The notes under the pieces are model-generated. The model saw only the letters and a program-made list of their open reading frames with translations. It ran no database searches and was not told the DNA's origin. A DNA stretch of 63,997 nt, filler included, from Diploschistes diacapsis (taxonomy: Eukaryota): assembly GCA_023645945.1 (NCBI GenBank). It is 18 parts of 18 records of this genome, joined end to end, with 100 filler letters (N's around TTAATTAATTAA, not from the genome) between each part and the next. Parts side by side here need not be neighbours in the genome. Positions count along the whole stretch, not along the records: positions 6,981 to 31,728 come from JALAIB010000231.1; 17 more parts are not named here. One strand, given 5' to 3'. Shown here piece after piece: positions 11,343 to 24,548 of this stretch. Made by a program: the position numbers and the translations under genes. Numbering within the stretch: the stretch's first letter is position 1; the number at the start of each line of letters is the position of its first letter.

Positions 11343-11930
11343 ATTTTAGGCCCTAAAGTTTGAGATACTTTTGATCAGACATGTATAGAGTAAACTTCAG
11401 TTATATCTATTTATCTTGTTTTATATCCATCGTCGGTCCATATCCAATGTCAATTGGGGCGGTAATCAGCTGAAAACGGCAGACACAGCCTGCATGCAAT
11501 CCACTTCCATCAGCATGGAATTCAAGGAGCGAAGACTCAGGTTCGGTGTGTCTAATGCTCGTTTGGCATGATCAGCCTGTTAGCTCGCCTGCTGAACCTC
11601 GATCGTCTTGATGATACATCACCTCCTATACGTCATCTCTACTGTCCTTAGATACATTCGCCTGGGAGTTTCATTTGCCCACCTGCTTTGCCTCTTGCTG
11701 ATGGGTTACTTCTCAAACAATCCTACAATGTACTGGAACGGAGCAGTCGTTAAAGAATTTAGTATGTCTCAAGTGCAGATCTAACAGGAGCCAGAGCACG
11801 GTGATTGCAAAGCATTGTATGGGACCTTCCAACATCTCCCGTTTGGACTCCTGTCTTGCAGCAACAAACAGTGGTCTTAAACACCAAAACCGATTTCTTA
11901 CCATCAGGTAAAACGAGCTGTACTCGGCCA

Positions 11931-14900
11931 ATGGAGCGATATTTCTTTCCCAAAACGGATGAAGCGTCTGAGCCGGTAGCCATTGTAGGCCTCTCACTCA
12001 AATCTCCAGGGGATTGCGACTCGGTAGAATCATTCTGGCAGATGCTCTGCACAGGAGGCTCTACAATGACGGAGTTTCCTCCTGATCGATTCAACATCGA
12101 TGCTTTCTACCACGCAGAAGGGGGAACAGCAAGTACGGTAAGTCATCTCAGAAACCTTTGCGTGCTTCTCGTCCATGCTCTCTGACGAGTGACGCTCATG
12201 CTAATCGACCATGACTTAGCTTCTATTTCGAGGTGGCCATTTCATCAAGGAAAGCGTAGGCGCTTTCGATGCTCCATTCTTTTCGATTACGTTGGCAGAG
12301 GCAAATGCCATGGATCCACAGCAACGTATACTTCTTGAGCAGACCTATCATGCTCTGGAGAACGGTACGTCAATATCAAAGGAAGGTGTGCACTCATTTT
12401 GCGCCTAGCTGCCATTTCACTGGCACAGTGCTTGAGCAGCAAGACATCCGTTTGCACTGCTACGTTTACAGATGACTACAAAAGTATTCTGCTAGCTAAT
12501 CCTGACTGCATGCCTAAATATGCAGCAACTGGGCTATCAAGCGCTATGCTAGCGAATCGTATCAGCTGGTTTTTCAATCTGCAGGGTCCAAGCATGAATC
12601 TCAACTTTGCATGTTCAAGCAGTCTCAGTGCTCTTCACCTTGCCTGTCAAGATCTGCTCAATGGGGCGTCTAACATGGCTATAATTGGAGGGTGTAGTCT
12701 CGTCTTTCATCCACACATACTACTGACTATGGCGAACATGAGCTTCCTTTCGAAAGACAGTCGATGTTGGAGCTTTGACGATAAAGCCAACGGGTACGCT
12801 AGAGGCGACGGCTTTGGGGTAGTGATTTTGAAGAAAATTTTACACGCGGTTAGAGAAGAGCTCCCTATTAGAGCTGTCCTCCGAGCTACAGGGCTCAACC
12901 AAGATGGAAGAACCAACGGCGGCATCACTCAACCCAGTGGCGAAGCACAGAAAGCCTTAATCCGAAATACATTCCATAGATCGGGTCTGAGTATGAAACC
13001 AGTCAGATTTTTTGAAGCGCACGGCACCGGTACTGCTATTGGTGATTGCTTTCGACAGCACCGCTCTCAAGCGGAGCCGTTGATAATCGACGCGGTCAAA
13101 TCCAACATTGGTCATTTGGAAGGCGGAAGTGGAGTTGCCGGTCTCATCAAGGCCATCCTCATCTTAGAGACAAGCTTAATACCTCCTAATGCTGGGTTTA
13201 AGAACGTCAAGCCCAAAATAGACACTGAACGTCTTCATATCCAGGTAAGAATTCTGATCAACCATGTGCTAGCTTTGTTTGACCTCTTAATAGTTTCCTA
13301 CCGAAGTCATGAAGTGGCCCGCACAAGGTCTTCGGCGGGCCTGCGTAAGGCTGTCAAGCTGTGTTGGTAACTTCATTATATTAACGTGGAATAGGTGAAC
13401 TCCTTTGGATTCGGGGTTCGAATGCTTTCGTTGTTTTAGATGACGCCTCAAACTGTCTCCAGGAATTCTTTGAATCCAGTCCTTTAATTCTGTCACGACC
13501 TTCTCTGGATACTCTTTACAAACAATATGACAGCAACAGGATCTTGGAGCCCAGTAAAAAGTCCTGTTACAAACTGTTGGTCTGGTTTGCAGCAGAGAGA
13601 GATAGCCTGCGGGCTATGACTCTGCGTTATTAAGAGTTTTTTTGAGAAGCACAAGACTGAGATATCTCAGGCCGATTTTGATCGCATTGTTTACACACTG
13701 TGTATGCGGCGGTCTGCCTTTGCATGGTGGACGTACACAGTTGTACACAGTTGCGACACAAGGTGACGTCGCCTCCTCGGGTCATACCTTTTCCCAGTTA
13801 ACGAAGGCTTCATCGCTTTCTGGTGCTCTCGCATGCGTCTTCACTGGCCAAGGCGCTCAGTATCCACAAATGGGGCGTGGTCTCTTAGACTTCCACGCTT
13901 TCGAAGAGAGCCTCATGGAGATCGAAAAGATCCTTAAAGACTTAGGCTGCGATTGGTCAGTAAAAGGTAATGCCATACTTCATATCTATTTCAAAGCTAA
14001 TGAAGTTATTTTGAAATTATTGCTCGAAGAGGCAGATTCAAGAATCAACCGCGCCGAGTCCAGTCAAACTTGTATAGCTGCTCTTCAGATTGCGCTTGTT
14101 GACACTCTGAGGGATTTGGGCCTTGCTCCAAAAGCAGTTGTGGGACATTCTTCTGGGGAGATCATTGCAGCGTAAGTCCAATCAAATTAAATGTAATCTC
14201 CTCTGAATGCCCATCAGGTACTGTGCTGGGCTGCTGAGCAAACCGACAGCTGTGGCCATAGCCTATCCTCGCGGCATCCTCTCAGGAACTGTTCCATCTC
14301 GGTGCCCTGAGACCCAAGGAATGCTTGCGGTTTCTATAAATTCACAAGAGATTCAGCCATTTCTGGAAAAACTCAAAGGACACGTTGAGGATCTCAGATT
14401 GAGGTTGGCTGCCTTAATAGTCCCAAGAGCAGTACACTGGCTGGCAACTTAAATCAGTTACAGATGATTGGGTCATGGCTCAAAGAGTCTGGATACTTCA
14501 CAAGGATATTACGCGTTGATGTTGCGTATCATTCGAGCTACATGACTTCTATTAACTCCGCATATCTGCAAGCGCTGGCCGGTTTGGACTGGAATATTCC
14601 CACTTCAGCACCTATACCCATGGTATCAAGCGTGACAGGTAACATAGTCGCACCTCGAACTGTCTGTGGTCCGTTGTACTGGCGCGAGAATCTCTGCGGG
14701 CAAGTCAAATTTGACCAAGCAATTACGTTTCTAAGCATCAGCGCAACGAAGAGGGCCAGGAGAACTCGGCGCAAAAGCTCAGGGTCTTCATAGGATCACA
14801 GGCGTGTTGGAGATTGGGACGCACAGCACCTTGCGGGGCCCAATTTCCGATGTTCTGTCAAACCTTGGTATCTCACCGATCATTACTTATTTCACGATTT

Positions 14901-17900
14901 TGAATCGTTTCGATAAAGCCCAACGAAGTGCTCTTGACCTTTTCGGCAGGCTTTGGGCTTCTGGCTATTCTGTCAACATCCAAAAGCTCAATGGACTGGG
15001 AGAAGAAACTATGGCTGTACGAACAGATCTTCCCACTTATCCTTTCAATCATGCTCATCAATATTGGTTTGAGGATCGAGCAAGTGAATCGTTCAGACTT
15101 CGATCCCATCGACCTCATGAGCTTTTGGGTAGTTGGGTCCCTACATCCAGCACCCTCGAAGCTCGCTGGCGTAACTTCCTTCGCTCAGACAAACCCCAAT
15201 GGACACAGGATCATCAGGTGAGCCATAGACATGTGCAAGCAGCCGAGACTAATGATAGTTAGATCAACGGTGACACTCTGCTGCTTGGCACGGGTATGAT
15301 TTGCATGGCCGTTGAAGGGGCTAGGCAGTTGGGACCTCAGAATGCTAAAACCACGAAAGTAGAGCTCCGAAATATCGAATTCAAAAGGGCTTTGCAGATT
15401 CCTGAGGGCGAAAACGACATTGAGGTCCAGATCTCTTTAATAGAAGATCGGGCTAAGCATCATGACAACCCGTGGTATTTGTTCAGAGTTTCGTCACTTG
15501 GCATAGAAGTCACTGAACACTGCACCGGCCGAGTCTGCCTAGTCTCTGGGAACCGCCGTCTAGATCAGAACGAAGCTACATATACAGCCGCTGATGTACC
15601 ATATCTTCGAAACTTTTCAGCCATATCAGACCAATGTACGATCAACGTGGGATCCTCTACTCTATACGAATGTATGCGCCACTTTGGAATCCGTTATGGA
15701 CCTTCTTTCCAGACCCTTGAGAATATTCGATCTTCCATTGACGGCGCTTGCGTTGCGGACCTTTCAGCGCCACGTTTGTCCCCTCAATCCGAGCCCGGTA
15801 TTATCGACCATATGTCTTACATCATTCACCCTTCGCTCTTAGATGGGCCTTCCAACTAGTTTTTCCGGCTCTAAACAAAGGCGGTCACAGGAATCTCCCC
15901 AGTAGGGTCCCTTCTTTTGTCCGGAATCTGGTCATCTATCCACAGGATGGGGTGACATCAGAAACACAGAATCTACGTGCTGGTTCTGTCGCACGCTTTG
16001 CTGGAAATCGTGGTACCGACTCAGACGTGATTGTTACATCCCGGGACGATCAGCTCTTCCTACTAATGGAAGGATATCAAACCACTTTTGTGTCTGTCGC
16101 TCAAGGCCAAACCTCTACAGAGAACCCTGAGAGGCTACTCCTCAGTCACATGGTATGGCGACCCTGATCTTGACATGATGACACCCGACGAGTGCCTAAA
16201 AGTTTGTCAGCAAGGTAGAGCCTCTCTCAGCGAGACCAGGGGACTATATCGAGGCATAGCACAGCTATTGTCTCAAGACACTAAGCTCAGGATACCTAGG
16301 CGACACCAATCGCAAGTGGCGGACTCACGCTTTCAAAGTACAAACCACAATAACTACGTTGCGCAGAAATCAATGCTCAAGAAAGCCAACGGCCATCACG
16401 CCACAGACAATCACCGAAGCGTTCTTTCGACTTCTGTTTTGGACCGCGATGCCCTTCAAAGTTGGGTAAATGACACAAGCCGAATTGGGAAGCATTACGC
16501 TGAGGTCATCAAAAGCTCCGTACATGACTATTCTGAAGAATTGTGTCAGCATTCTTACAAGTTACTCAACGTACGAGCTGATCAATGCTCATTTCGGCAG
16601 TGGCTTAGACAGATACAGCCTTGTCAGTGCCACTACAAACTGGGTAACTCTGCTTCTCCACAAAGATCCCTCGATACATGTGCTAGAGCTTGGACCATCA
16701 GGGATGACGACTTTCAATCCTCTGATAGTCACACTTGCCGCATCTGGTATAAGCTTACAAAATTATGACTATGTTGTCGGACTCCCATCTATGCTTGAAA
16801 GTACAAAGCCAACGGTGGAATCAATGTGTAGCTCGTCGAAAGGCTATCTTTTCGACTTTGGGGACCAAGCTTATGGCCTAACATAGCTTCAAGAGGATCA
16901 ATATGATTTAGTCATTGCCTTGTATGTTTACGGAGAAGCTTTCAATCCTGCCATAGTTCTGGAGAACTCCAGAAAGCTTCTTAAGCCAAATGGGAAATTG
17001 GTAGCTTTTGCTGCGACATCACCGTCTCTGAGCAAGAATCAAAGCGATGCGGTTTCTATTACAGATGACGACGATTATCTTCTTCGAGAGTCCGGTGCTT
17101 TCAGAACTGGCCCGTTCCAGAGCCTAGACGAAAACAACTTAATTGGGGCAGGCTTTAGTGGCTTAGATCTAGAGTTTCGTGATATCGAGGACGATATGTG
17201 CTGCGCAACAAGTCTGATCATATCCACAAATCTACAACTTGACGCAAAGCCGGTCTCTCAAAGCTCCGATGTCATACTACTGATTCGTCGCGGAAGCCCA
17301 CTTCAACTTCATTTCGCGAAAATCCTCGAGGCTGATCTCGTCCAAGCGAAGGTTCATTTGCCTCAAGTTATTGAACTCGGAGACGATTCAAATCCCAGCC
17401 AGTTCCGAGGGCAGCTTTGCGTGTCTCTTTTGGAGTACGAGGAGCCCTTCTTATCTAACATTACCTCTGACGAATTCTCGTGCCTCAAAGCCATACTTAG
17501 CGTCTCAAAGATCTTCTCTGGATTGCTAAAGATGCCCCTGAGGTGTGTGGACCGAAGCTGCATATGATTGACGGCCTTTCGAGGTTTTTGCGCTCCGAGA
17601 ATGTCCAGCTTCGCCTCGTTCGCCTTGTCCTAGAGACCACGTCCACCGCTTCAGCAATTGTCTTGAAAGCCATAGGGAACGTGAATCAATCTTCTATTGA
17701 TAACATGGAGCCGAAATACGAGCAGCGAAATGGCACTGTGCATATCAACCGCGTAGTTCAGTCGCCTGCCATGAATAGTACTCTAGCGTCCAAGTTGCTT
17801 CCCTATAAAGAGGAAGCACGGGAGCTACATACAGACCCACCACTTACCGCTACCGTGATCACACCTGGGGTACTGAACAGCGTTGGCTTCCGAACTAGCG

Positions 17901-20070
17901 AGTCATTCAAGGATGAATGTGACCCGATGAAGTGGTTGTTGAGCTGCGTGCCATCAGTGTAACACCCCGAGACTTTCAAGTGGCAAACGGGCAATTGAAC
18001 GATGGCCAAATATTCAACAGCGGCTCAGGGTTGGTTCGCTCTGCGGGAAAGCTGACCCAACTTCGCCAGGGGGATGAAGTTCTAGTTTACCGTCCTGGGT
18101 CGTGTAGCACATCTGTAATGTGCAAAGCTTTCTTTGTGGCAAAATTACCTCCTTGCTACGATTTATCCGATGCTGCTGCTCTGTGCGCTCCGGATTTGAC
18201 AGCTATTCAAAGTCTCATGAACATCGCAAACCTAGAAAAGGGAGAGTCGGTATTGGTACATCATGCGGCAACACCTGTTGGTCAAGTAGCCATTCAAATC
18301 GCACAAGACATCGGAGCCAGTGTCTACGCTACCATAGAAAATGACGAGGAAGCAGAGATCTTGAAGACTGCTCACAGTCTTTCACCCAAGGCAGATGGAG
18401 CAAGTCTTCGTCAATCCATCATACAAGCCGGCGGGCTAGATGGTATTCACGTGGCGCTCAACTTTCAAAACCGGCTTGAGTTTGAGAGCTCAGTGGATGT
18501 CATTGCTCCCTTTGGACGAATCATCGATACCATGGCCGAGCATCGAGATTGCGTGGCAACGCTTGATAAAGCGGCCAATGCGAAGTGTATCGAGTATGCC
18601 ATGGTGAACCTGGCACAAATTCACGCTTATCGTCCCCAACTGCTTGGGAAACTCTTGAACCAGTTGTCGGAATGGATTTCTTCTGGCAGGATCCGGCAAA
18701 CAAGCTCACTAGAGCTTTACAAAGCACAGGAAATTCCAGCAGCACTACAAGCCTTCGCTCATCTCAAGCCTGCCACTGCTGTAGCTATCGATTTTAGCCC
18801 AGGGCAAATTGTCAAGGTACGCTGATATGACCTTCAGAAGCGAGGAACCACAATCACTGATTTATTTGTTTAGGCTGAGACCAGCAACGAATCTTCGTAT
18901 TATCTTGACCAGAACGCGACATATGTGATTGCTGGCGGATTCGGGGGGCTTGGGTGTAGCATTCTCCGCTGGATGGTCCGCCGTGGCGCCCGCAACTTGC
19001 TCGTCCTTTCGCGCTCTGGTGGTGCATCAAGCAACTCTGCGCAGAGTCTTATTCAAGAACTCGCCTCAAGTGGCGTCACGATCCTATGCCCCCCGTGCGA
19101 CATTACTTCCACAGAACAACTACAGTCAGTCCTTGCCGACTCTTGTATCCGTATGCCTCCTATCCGTGGATGCATTCAGGCGACCATGGTTCTCCGCGAC
19201 GCAATCTTCGCCAACATGACGCATGAAGACTTTGTTAGTAGCACTCGTCCAGAGACAATTGGATCCTGGAATCTACACATGCTCCTTCCTAGGGGCATGT
19301 ATTTTTTTATTCAGCTTGCGTCCGTTGGGGGTATTCTCGGGGCTAGCAGTCAGGGCAATTATGCGGCGGGCAATACATTCGAGGACGCCTTGGCACGCCA
19401 CCGCGTTATGAACGGCGAGAAGGCGATTTCTATTGACCTGGGCATGATGGTTTCAGAAGGCGTAGTTGCGGAGACCGCGGGCATGCTCGAATCACTCCGT
19501 CGCCTTGGGTACCTAATGGAGATCTCGCAACCAGAGTTCTATGCTCTGCTGGACCACTACTGCGACCCAACCTTGCCCATCCTCCCGGTAGACGAGAGCC
19601 AAATCGTGGTTGGCATCGAATGTCCAGCTACGATCAAAGGCAAGGGCATCGACGTACCGGAGTGGATGGAACGGCCGCTTTTCAGACATTTCCAGCACAT
19701 TGGCCAAAGCAGCGAGCTCTTTGCGAGTCCAAACAATGCGGCTGCAAAACAGGCGATCGACTTCGAGAGCGTACTGCGTCGATGCTCGTCCATCCGGGAA
19801 GCTGCAGAGCACATCGCAAAGTGGCTGGCAGCCAAGCTCACGCAGGTACTGGGGGTCCCATCGGAAGACATCGATCACGAGCGTCCAGTCCAAATAAACG
19901 GCCTCAACTCTCTAGCGGCCGTGGAAATGAAAACGTGGTTCGATCGCAAGGTGGGAGCTGAGATGACGGTGTTTGAGATCTTGGGCAACATGCGCCTGAT
20001 AGACCTGTGTCGGTACGCGGCCGAGAAAAGCAGATTCATGTCACACAAGGCGCCCTCTGGCAATCAGTAG
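11931..20070 (+). pseudogene. Highly reducing iterative type I PKS (KS-AT-DH-degenerate CMeT-ER-KR-ACP), disrupted
   Basis: EPVAIVG, ACSSS, EAHGTGT, KSNIGHLEG, FTGQGAQ, GHSSGE, VAYHS, DLPTYPF, AGGFGGLG, QGNYAAGN and GLNSLAAVE. Multiple frameshifts, in-frame stops (e.g. 16884) and a KS deletion. Confidence 0.92.
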
Positions 20071-22356
20071 ACTGGGGCGCTTGGTCACCTGTAGTATATT
20101 ATTCGGCAAGCAAACAATCGATTGTCCCTTCGGCTATCCTGATAAACAGCAGCACGCTATGCCTCCCTTCGGAATTCTCCAATGATGACACCAACACGGC
20201 ATTTGAATCGTCTCAAGCACTTGAAGCGCCTCAAGACCTATTCGTCATCACCGGCGTCACTCCGATGGCATGTCGTCAAACCCCGGGCTTTCTTTTTCTC
20301 CCTTTGTTTCTTCTGCGGCTGTTCCTCTGCAACCTTGATTCGAGCCTATGCCTGCGAAGCCGAGGCCCACCAATTCCTGATCCTCGCCCTGTCCTCCTAC
20401 TCCGCAGCCTCCGGATCGGCTGCGTCTTCAACCCTCTTCCCTCGCCCGCTTGGCGACCTTTTCGGCGATTTCGGCGGCGGTCTTTCGAACTTGTTGTACT
20501 GGCGTGCTGCTTTCCTTCCCACCGTTTGTTAGATGGGAGACGGAAAGGTAAGGAACGCGCTTCAAGGCATCGTTTGTCGGAGTGCATGGGGGGCCATTGT
20601 TGCGTTTTATTAGTATCTGTCGGGTTTGGAATGGAAATGGATAGGTAGCTTGCACGAGAGATTTATGCACATGGTCCCCTTAAAAATAGCTTGTGGATCT
20701 GGCATGGTATTTCTTCTCATCGTTAGCGCTTGATGTATTAGCGGTAAATAAGATGGAGACTTACAGCACAGACTATTGAAAGCAGCTTAGCATGGATCTT
20801 CAAGGCTGAGCGTTTAGATGAGACATGCCTTCACATTTTGTGGGAGCACAAAGAGGATGATCAGATGTCTTGACGTGTTGGTGATCATCAGCGCCGCATC
20901 GCCTGTGTTCCGTGTCAATGGACACTATCGGTGTCGATTGCCAGAGCAACCCCTCAGCTTAAAGAGGATGCGCATCCGCAAACGGCTTCAGGGAGCACTT
21001 CCGGTATATATGCGCGGACATGGGAGAAGAATTAGTTCTTACGGGCTCATCCAGCAACGCTCTCATTAGCTATTGTCGAGAAGCTTTAGGATTGGTATAT
21101 CCCTTCCCTGGCAGATTTTTGCCCTTCTCCGTATTGAGACGTCGCCTTGGGTCTTCTCACGCACAGCATCTGTAACGGTTTCGTCGATACCGGTCTGAAC
21201 TGCACACTGCTGATGGGCGAGCTCCGGCATGCTTGTCGCTGGTGGTGGTGAGGAAAAGCCAACACTAAGATTCCCTGTAGTTGCGAGGAAATGCTGGACT
21301 GGGGACCTAGTTCGGCGAGGCGCGTGCTGGCTGAACAAACGGTGGCGCAAGAAGCCTGCAGAAAGACCCAAGCAGTACAAATGATTTAACCAACTTCCCT
21401 GGCGGCGTTAAAGCGATATTCGTTTTGAAACAAAACAGTCGAAAAGCACTTCCTGTTTTTCAGTATGAAAATAAGCTGGTCATACAAGAGTTGTGAATCT
21501 GCCATCCCCAAACTAACAAACGAAGTCCTCTGTTTCCGGAGGTCCAAATCGCCCTCCACATATTAAATGCGCGTGTGTATGTTTTAACTGCTAAAGCATA
21601 AAGCCTTGTATTTCATAGTCGAGTAGAGAAGGGCTGCTACTCCCAGGCCCTCCTCCCCTTATAAGTGTAGCAGTCTTCATCCCTTACAGACTTCCCAAAT
21701 CGAGACTTTCTTCTTCGTTGTACGGAGGTCCGTTCGAGCAAGCATTTTCTTTCCATCGAGCATTGTTGGAACAGCCAGTGCATGGTTTCTCTCTTCGCTC
21801 CTTACATCTAAGCGTTAATAGTATAGCATTGTTGGAGGAACCATGCAGCAAAGGCATATCTGTAGCAAAGTCGAGTATAAGTTGCGCCCCCAAACGATAG
21901 GTCTAACCGATAAGCCTTGGATGAACTCGGTGAAGGGTCAGCAAGAAGCTTTTGTAGCAAAATAGCTTGGTCAGATGCTTGATCAACGGAAGTGGGATTC
22001 CTGCAATTCTTTACAGCCATTTAAAACTTTACACGATGCCTATACCCGCCTTCGTTCGACTTGATTCGGTATTGCTCAGCAGTGATAAGAATAGCTCAGT
22101 TCTTCTTTGCACTTGTCAGCCAGACGCGGGCGCTGTAATAAAGGCCGCAAAAGTACAGAATCATACACCAAAAAGCTAGCATCAATAAGTCAGCAAAGTT
22201 TGTGGAGAAGCCAAACGTTTTACGCTACGTCTACAAACGCAATTCCAAAGGCTGTCACGCACTTACTTGGGTGACGGTTTCTCAAGTGACGATTTTCGAC
22301 TCATTTGCTGACAAGGATGCCCCGGACATTCTCCTTTAACCAGACTTTCCTTCAAA

Positions 22357-23087
22357 CTACTCTTCCGTACCCGTACTTGCATCAGCCGTCTCCATAATAT
22401 CCCCAGGGATGTGATCCTTAGCATCCTGTTTATCAAGGCTTGCACCTCTATCAGTCAGCAACTTCACAACGTCAAGATGCCCCCCTTCCGAACTGCCGCA
22501 TGCAATGGCCGATCCGCCATCGCTTGCTCCCCCGCCTGCAGGCGCTCCCTGATTCAGGAGATACTTCACATTAGCAACCACCCCTGCATTCGCCGCAGCA
22601 GACAAGGCCCCGGACCCTCGAACAGGCGCTCCATGGCTCACAGGCAGCTCCAATACCCCAGGAGTCTCATAGAATGCAGCTGACATTTACATCGGATTGG
22701 GCAAGCCGTCGGTATCTGCGGGATTAGGGTGGGCGCCTGCATTGAGAAGCAGAGCTAGGTACGACGGCTCACGACGAGATGAAAGGACAACGAGTAATGC
22801 GGAGCCGTGGCGGTTGAAGTGGGCATTTGCCGGCGATGGGTCGTGCTTCAAAAGGGCTTGAAGGAGTTCTGGCGAGCCGCAGCGAAGGCCGGCGCGGAGG
22901 TCAACCTCTTCTGGCTGGGGAGTTGCGAGAGGGCAGTATGATTATTGTGAGCAATGGCAGTGCAGTAGAGGGACTGGGTATGCTGTTCACTCATATTGGA
23001 TGGTAATGATGACTTGAGGCGGGAACGTAGGGCTTCGTCGTCACCTGCAGCGCAGGCTTTGATGAGGGGTTCCATAAAGATGGTCAT
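22357..23087 (-). pseudogene. Ankyrin-repeat protein, disrupted
   Basis: LLLNAGAHPN, ALSAAANAGVVANVKYLLNQGA and GHLDVVKLLTDRGASLD, with a frameshift and an in-frame TAA. Confidence 0.75.
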
Positions 23088-24056
23088 TCTCTCGTGTGCT
23101 GTTGCAGATATCGTAGTGATTGGGACTGAATGTGGTAGAGACTTGGCCGGCTGGTAGGTGAATGCTAGGGTGATATAACCTTCTGGTGTTGCCCAGAATT
23201 ATTTCTTGACGTAAATATACCAACAAAGCCTTGAAGGGGCCAGGTAATTATGGGCTGTCTTACCTCGCGTGGCTATATTGTGCCCACTTCTCGTTGGCAT
23301 AACATTAGAATCGGGCACTTAATTCACGAAGGCTCTGATCCTCCCTCACGTAGGATCAGGCCAGTCGGCATAAGACCTAATGTAGGGCAACGTAACGCCT
23401 TGGTAGAAGGCTTAGCCGGGCTTGCATATCATGATGAATAACGAAATCGTATGATGAACAAGAATAGAGGAGTTATGCATCAACATAGCCTGTTGATGAC
23501 CTGCATTGGTTTGTACAAGACGGCTTAGAAGATAGGGATTGAAAACAGTTGGATTCCTCTAATAGGTAGGGTAGCAAGTCTGCGACCAACCTGATAAACA
23601 AAACCACTGAGATTTAGGATGGGCGTTGTCTGAATATTAGTATATAAGATTCATGAATTGTCCCTGTCTTGATTCTCTCAATGAGTCCCCTTTATCGTCA
23701 GTTCTTCTCTCTTCTCGTGTACTGCCTGATTGGAGGATCCCATACAGTGTACCGTTTTTCCTGTTTTTCATTCCTCTACAAAAGGCCCATCCCTTTTACT
23801 CTCCTTCCTTGCTTTTGCTTCCGGGATACTTGAACTTCTATCTCATCTGCCTCAATCGAGCTTGTCAATCCATTCGCAGGAAATCACCATCTAGCCGTTT
23901 TATACCCGCCTTGAACCCAACAATAGGCTCTTCACGCTAGCCACGATCTCAACCGCTCTGGTCAGTTACACCTCGGCTCTTTTGCTTGACAACAATCTCA
24001 GCCTCTTCAACCGGGAAGTCCGTCCTCAATATCTCTTCCCTTGAGATGATGGATGC

Positions 24057-24548
24057 GTGTCAGTTCATGAAATGCAAGATTGGTTAAAGAACATACAAAA
24101 ATCGGTACTAAACCCACGATTTTTTACACCGGAAACGCCCCAAGCCATCGATGATGAAGGGGTTGCCCGTCAACTTGATGGCCTGTACCGGGGCAACCTG
24201 ATAACCGCTGCTCAGCAATTGGAGTGGATCGCAGCATGCAAATACCCCCAGGCTCATGACCTCCTCATCCCACGAATCGCAGATGCAATCGCGCTAGAGA
24301 GTACAAGCGCTTTTGTGGTGATGAAGGGCAGCAAGTTAGGCAAGGTACGGTCGAACCACGAGCTGCCTGCTTTAAAAAAGAAAGGGGTCGCGATTCAGAA
24401 GCTGGTTCCTGGTAGAAACCTTGTTCCCTATGGCGACGGAAGCCCGCCGCCAAGCAGGAGCCCATCTCCAACCCCCTGGCAGCCCATCTCCGTCTCCGTC
24501 CAGGTCTGGAGGAAAACGAAGCTTGAAAAAGGCATGATGCTAATTTGA
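24057..24548 (+). CDS. Hypothetical protein or gene fragment
   Basis: 163-codon ORF with protein-like composition and no recognised motif. Start codon uncertain. Confidence 0.3.
   Translation: MSVHEMQDWLKNIQKSVLNPRFFTPETPQAIDDEGVARQLDGLYRGNLITAAQQLEWIAACKYPQAHDLLIPRIADAIALESTSAFVVMKGSKLGKVRSNHELPALKKKGVAIQKLVPGRNLVPYGDGSPPPSRSPSPTPWQPISVSVQVWRKTKLEKGMMLI

Noticed and set aside
11931..20070. PKS frameshifts as pure homopolymer sequencing errors
   Set aside because: Several indels are in short runs, but there are also nonsense codons, an in-frame KS deletion and eroded motifs, while NSE2 on the same contig is clean. Not fully excluded without reads.
20007..20670. Arg-rich and overlapping ORFs after the PKS
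   Set aside because: No coherent family motif and stops in the most protein-like frame; an unidentifiable remnant.
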